A stretch of 64,000 nucleotides of DNA from NCBI GenBank assembly GCA_003164495.1, contig PLTN01000229.1, forward strand, positions 17,763-81,762, written 5' to 3'. A model generated the notes under the pieces. That model was not told the origin of the DNA, made no database searches, and worked only from the letters and a program-made list of their open reading frames with translations. Position 1 is the first letter of the stretch. Each line of letters opens with the position of its first letter. The stretch comes from Vulcanimicrobiota bacterium. Lineage in GTDB: Bacteria > Vulcanimicrobiota > Vulcanimicrobiia > Vulcanimicrobiales > Vulcanimicrobiaceae. Shown piece after piece: positions 60,301-64,000 of this stretch. The position numbers and the translations under genes were made by a program.

Positions 60301-62058
60301 TTACGTGCCTTTCGCGCGGCGTTGTGCGCGCAGTGCGGTCGTCGCAGCTTCGTCGACGTCGTTCGCCGCATCGATGACCACGCCGTAGACGGTGAGGGCG
60401 TCATCGCGCGAGATGTATTCCTCGATGACGTCCATCCGCACGTGCGCGGGGTCGCGGTCGAGTGCATTCCCCCAGCCCCCGCCGCCGCCCGTCATGATCG
60501 TCACGCTGCTGCCGGGCGCGAGCAGCTTACGAAACGGATCTTCGCGGTGGAAATCGGCCTCGCCGGCCGGCTTGACGTAGGCCTCGCCGACCAGACCCGA
60601 ACCGCCGCCGTGAATGCCCCAGGGCGGAAACATCGTGCGGCCCTGTTGGCTCGAGGACCAGCGGCCTTCGGCCAGGCTCTCGATCGTGGTCGTGATGCCG
60701 AGCCCGCCGCGGAACGCGCCCGCGCCGCCCGAACCTTCGCGCAGCGAACGCTTGCGCACGATCACCGGCGTTTTGAGTTCGATCGTCTCAACCGGCGCAT
60801 TGCGCACGTCGCCTTGGCACACGGATACCGATGCCGACTCGCCGTCTTCCCACGGCCGCGCGCCCCAGCCGCCGCCTTCGATCGTTTGCAGCACGAAGTT
60901 CCGGTTTTTCACCGGATCCCGGCCGAAGAACGCGAGAGCGCCACCGAGCGTCCCCATCGTTGCGGCCGGAATGCGATCGGGCATGGCATCGGCGAGCGAC
61001 GTCAGAATCGTGTCGACCACCGTCGGCAGCATGCGGCTCCACGACGACATCGGCGCCGGGAACTGCGCCATCATCAAGTTGCCCTCTTGAATCTCCACCT
61101 TGAGGGCGCGGAACGAACCTTCGTTCACCGGTTCGAGTGCGCCGGTGAGGCCTTTGTAGGCGATGTAGGCGCCGGCGAGCGTGCGGGCGTTGATCGCGCC
61201 GCGCGTTTGCATCGAGCCCTTCGTGAAGTCGATCGTGAGGTCGCTGCCTTTTACGATCACGTCGACGACGATCGGGACGCGTTTGCCATGCTCCACGCCG
61301 TCGTCGTCGAGGAACGATTCGGCGTGATAGGTGCCGTCGGGAATCTGCTCGACGATCAAGCGGCACTTGCGCTCGGCGTCGTCGAAGATGCGTTCGATCG
61401 CGATCTGGATCGTCTCCGCGCCGTAGCGCGTGTAGAGTTCCTCGAGCCGGCGTTCGGCCAGCGTGCACGCGGCCATCTGGGAGCGCAGATCGCCCATCGA
61501 CGACTCCGGAAAGCGGATGTTGTCGGAGATCATCCGCAACATCTTCTCGTCGGGCTTACCGCCCTCGTAGATCTTGATCTGATCGAACTGCAGCCCTTCT
61601 TGCCACGGATCGATGATCGACGTGCCGGCACCGAAACCGGTGCTATTGCCGCCCACGTCGACCCAGTGCGCGCGCACGATCGCAAATGCCGTCAGTTTGT
61701 TTTCGAAGAAGAACGGCGTGAGGATACAGACGTTGTTGAGGTGCTGTCCCGCGACGCGCTGGTGGTTGGTGATCACCACGTCGCCCGGCGCGAAGCCGTC
61801 GACCCCGTAGCGGTTCACGCAATCCTTGATCACGACGCCGAGATCGGCGACGAAGTGCGAGACGCCGCCGATGTTCTGCGCGAGCAACCGGCCCTCGACG
61901 TCGAGCACGGCGCAGCAGTAATCGCGAACTTCGTAGATCATCATGTTGTACGAGGTGCGCTGGAGGTCGACCGACATCTCGTCGGCGATCGCCGGCAGCG
62001 CGCTGCGCAGCACTTCGAGGGTGACCGGGTCGAGCCGGACTTTTTCCGTTACGGTCAT
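60301..62058 (-). CDS. hydantoinase B / oxoprolinase family protein
   Basis: 585 aa. DPVTLEVLRSALPAIADEMSVDLQRTSYNMMIYEVRDYCCAVLD, and C-terminal TGGGGGWGNALDRDPAHVRMDV. Confidence 0.85.
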   Translation of the reverse strand: MTVTEKVRLDPVTLEVLRSALPAIADEMSVDLQRTSYNMMIYEVRDYCCAVLDVEGRLLAQNIGGVSHFVADLGVVIKDCVNRYGVDGFAPGDVVITNHQRVAGQHLNNVCILTPFFFENKLTAFAIVRAHWVDVGGNSTGFGAGTSIIDPWQEGLQFDQIKIYEGGKPDEKMLRMISDNIRFPESSMGDLRSQMAACTLAERRLEELYTRYGAETIQIAIERIFDDAERKCRLIVEQIPDGTYHAESFLDDDGVEHGKRVPIVVDVIVKGSDLTIDFTKGSMQTRGAINARTLAGAYIAYKGLTGALEPVNEGSFRALKVEIQEGNLMMAQFPAPMSSWSRMLPTVVDTILTSLADAMPDRIPAATMGTLGGALAFFGRDPVKNRNFVLQTIEGGGWGARPWEDGESASVSVCQGDVRNAPVETIELKTPVIVRKRSLREGSGGAGAFRGGLGITTTIESLAEGRWSSSQQGRTMFPPWGIHGGGSGLVGEAYVKPAGEADFHREDPFRKLLAPGSSVTIMTGGGGGWGNALDRDPAHVRMDVIEEYISRDDALTVYGVVIDAANDVDEAATTALRAQRRAKGT

Positions 62059-64000
62059 TTTGCTGCTCCGATCGTGATGATCATTTCGCCGCTGGGAGCG
62101 ACGCGCATCTCATCGCCCGGAAAGAGAACCGTGGTCGATGCGTATTCCTGGATGACGGCCGGCCCGCTCACGCGCGCGTCCGGTCCGAGCCGCTCGCGAT
62201 CGTAGATCGCGCAGTCGATCCCCTCGAGCGAATCGTCGAAGATCACCTTGCGGTGGGCGATCAGCGCGTCGGTCGTGGCCGGCGGCAATTCCGGGAAGCG
62301 CGAGCGTTCGCGCTTGCCCGTTGCGGTCAATCGAACGTTGACGAGCTCTACGGCCTCGGTCGGTGCGTGGTGGCCGAAGCGGCGGTCGTGAATTTCGTCG
62401 AACGCGGTGCGAATGGAGGCCATGTCGCTGCTCGCGATCGCGGCTTCGGGAATCGGCGTCTGGATCGGGAATTCCTGACCCACGTAGCGGATGTCGAGGA
62501 AGCGTTGGAATGCGATCGCTTCGGGCGCAGTGCCCTCGTTGAGCAGCAGCTCCCGGGCTTCGTCGATCATGAACGTGAAGATCTTACGCAACTCGTCGAA
62601 GTCGGTGTCGGCAAGTGATTTGTAGTACGTGCGCACGTAATCGTGGCGCAGGTCCGACATCAGCATGCCGAGCGCGGAGAAGTGTCCCGGTACCCGCGGA
62701 ATGATCAGGGTGGGGACGTGCAGTTCGCGTGCGATCTGCGCTGAGTGCAGCGGGCCCGCACCCCCGAAGCCGACCATCGCGAAATCGCGCGGATCGTAGC
62801 CGCGCTCGACCGACACGCCGCGCACGGCCAGCGACATCTCGGCGACCGCGATCTTGATGATCCCGAGCGCCGCAGCTTCGATCGAGAGATCGAGCGGCTC
62901 GGCGATCGTCGTGCGAATCGCTTCGCGTGCGCCCTCGACGTCGAGCGGCATCTCGCCGCCGAGAAACCGGCTCGGGCTGAGGCGTCCGAGGATGACGTTG
63001 GCATCGGTGACGGTGGGTGCGGTGCCGCCCTGTCCGTAGCACACGGGTCCGGGATGACCGCCCGCGCTGCGCGGGCCGACCTTCAGCGCGCCGACTTCGT
63101 CGATCCATGCGATGCTGCCGCCGCCGGTGCCGACCTCGATGATATCGACGACCGGCAGCATGACCGGATGACCGCTCGCGAGACCGCCGATGTAGTAGCC
63201 CTGAGCGATCGATGGTTCGCTGTTCTGGACGAGGCTAACTTTGGCGGTCGTCCCGCCCATGTCGAACGCGAGCACGTTCTTGTAGCCGAGGTTGCCGCTG
63301 ATCTCGGCCGCCGCGATGATGCCGCCGACCGGTCCCGACTCCATCATGTTCACCGGAACGCGCTTGGCCGTCTCGGGCGTCATCGTGCCGCCGTTGGACT
63401 GCATGATCAGGAGCCGGCCGTTGAAGCCGAATTCGCCGAGCAAGTTTTCCAGATCGCCGAGATATCGCTTCACGCGCGGGCCGACGTAGGCGTTGAGGAC
63501 GGTCGTCGACGTGCGTTCGTACTCGCGATATTCGCGCAGGATCTCGTGCGAGAGCGAACGGTAGAGTTGGGGTGCCTCGCGCGCGATGATCGCGCCGACT
63601 TCGGCTTCGTGATCGGGGTTGGCCCACGAGTGCAAGAAGACGACGGCGACCGACTCGATGTCGTCGGTGTTGAGTTTTTGCGCGACCCCGGCCGCGTTTG
63701 CACGGTCGAGTACCGTGATGACTTCGCCGTCGGCGTTGAGGCGTTCGACGATCTCGAGCGTGCGGTGGCGCGGGACGTAGGGCACGGGGCGCTTGAAGAA
63801 GATGTTGTAGGCTTCGGGACGGCTGCCGCGGCCGATCTTGTAGACGTCGCGCATCCCCTCGGTCACGACGAGCGCCGTGCGCGCGCCGGTCCGTTCGATG
63901 GCGGTGTTGATCGCGACGGTCGAACCGTGGATGAACGTCTCGGCGGTCGCCATGGGCAAGCCGCTCTTGATGAGCGTCTCGCGAATGCCGACGGCGAGGT
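62055..64000 (-). CDS. hydantoinase A / oxoprolinase family protein (5' end outside window)
   Basis: ORF 62055..63959, but the frame stays open upstream to the window edge (...LAVGIRETLIKSGLPMATAETFIHGSTVAINTAIERTGA...), as expected for the N-terminal hydantoinase_A region. Its stop overlaps the hydantoinase B start (ATGA). Motif FDMGGTTAKVSLV. Confidence 0.85.
   Translation of the reverse strand, partial: LAVGIRETLIKSGLPMATAETFIHGSTVAINTAIERTGARTALVVTEGMRDVYKIGRGSRPEAYNIFFKRPVPYVPRHRTLEIVERLNADGEVITVLDRANAAGVAQKLNTDDIESVAVVFLHSWANPDHEAEVGAIIAREAPQLYRSLSHEILREYREYERTSTTVLNAYVGPRVKRYLGDLENLLGEFGFNGRLLIMQSNGGTMTPETAKRVPVNMMESGPVGGIIAAAEISGNLGYKNVLAFDMGGTTAKVSLVQNSEPSIAQGYYIGGLASGHPVMLPVVDIIEVGTGGGSIAWIDEVGALKVGPRSAGGHPGPVCYGQGGTAPTVTDANVILGRLSPSRFLGGEMPLDVEGAREAIRTTIAEPLDLSIEAAALGIIKIAVAEMSLAVRGVSVERGYDPRDFAMVGFGGAGPLHSAQIARELHVPTLIIPRVPGHFSALGMLMSDLRHDYVRTYYKSLADTDFDELRKIFTFMIDEARELLLNEGTAPEAIAFQRFLDIRYVGQEFPIQTPIPEAAIASSDMASIRTAFDEIHDRRFGHHAPTEAVELVNVRLTATGKRERSRFPELPPATTDALIAHRKVIFDDSLEGIDCAIYDRERLGPDARVSGPAVIQEYASTTVLFPGDEMRVAPSGEMIITIGAAK

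Noticed and set aside
205-62205. Many long alternative-frame or antisense ORFs in the track (for example 205..1077, 3464..4513, 24220..25659, 29960..31252, 49553..51568, 54855..56513, 60283..62205)
   Set aside because: Their translations are dominated by Arg, Ala, Gly and Pro with no recognisable motifs. Each fully overlaps a gene with a clear family signature and proper G/C third-position bias. I treat them as stop-codon-poor shadows of high-GC coding sequence, not overlapping genes.
1-64000. CRISPR arrays, tRNA/rRNA genes, and toxin-antitoxin or known defence operons
   Set aside because: I noticed no regularly spaced direct repeats and no tRNA-like T-arm (GGTTCGAAT-type) sequences in the few intergenic gaps. 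I saw no cas, RM, Abi or TA-like small gene pairs. The only nuclease-like gene is the Uma2-family ORF discussed above.

Overview
High-G+C bacterial chromosomal segment (about two-thirds G+C by eye, not computed), densely coding on both strands. I call 66 protein-coding genes, two of them cut by the window edges. I see no rRNA, tRNA, CRISPR array, transposase, integrase or phage genes.

The window is a mosaic of short, tightly packed catabolic operons, many with ATGA/GTGA/TGATG stop-start overlaps. Their enzymes include:
- oxygenases: four Rieske alpha subunits and an HsaA-like flavin monooxygenase
- amidohydrolases, SDRs and cupins
- a ThDP enzyme
- hydantoinase A/B
- a CocE/NonD hydrolase
- an enolase-superfamily enzyme
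- a DapA-like aldolase
- an ornithine-cyclodeaminase-like enzyme
- a creatinase-like M24 protein
- an IorB-type molybdoenzyme

These enzymes are interleaved with 16 solute-binding-protein (SBP) genes: 11 NMT1/SsuA-like, 4 LivJ-like and 1 TAXI-like. By my coordinate sums the SBP genes cover about 25% of the window. No transporter permease or ATPase gene is present. Regulators present are MarR, GntR, TetR and Crp/Fnr. Housekeeping-type genes are a class I fructose-bisphosphate aldolase and nudC.

Most interesting candidates:
1. The orphan-SBP expansion.
2. A five-gene operon combining a cytoplasmic BNR propeller, an enolase-superfamily enzyme, an SDR, a PqqC/heme-oxygenase-like protein and a signal-less TAXI-like protein.
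3. A second PqqC/HO-like gene coupled to an orphan molybdopterin subunit.
4. A lower-G+C patch with an orphan coiled-coil protein.
5. An internally duplicated DUF5069-like protein.
6. A Uma2 nuclease gene translationally wedged into a catabolic operon.
7. A ferredoxin-MBL fusion.
8. A 165-bp inverted-repeat intergenic element.

All family assignments come from motif recognition by eye and memory; no database search was possible. Start codons were chosen from the ORF track plus RBS and overlap context. The many long Arg/Ala-rich alternative-frame ORFs in the track are treated as high-GC artefacts.
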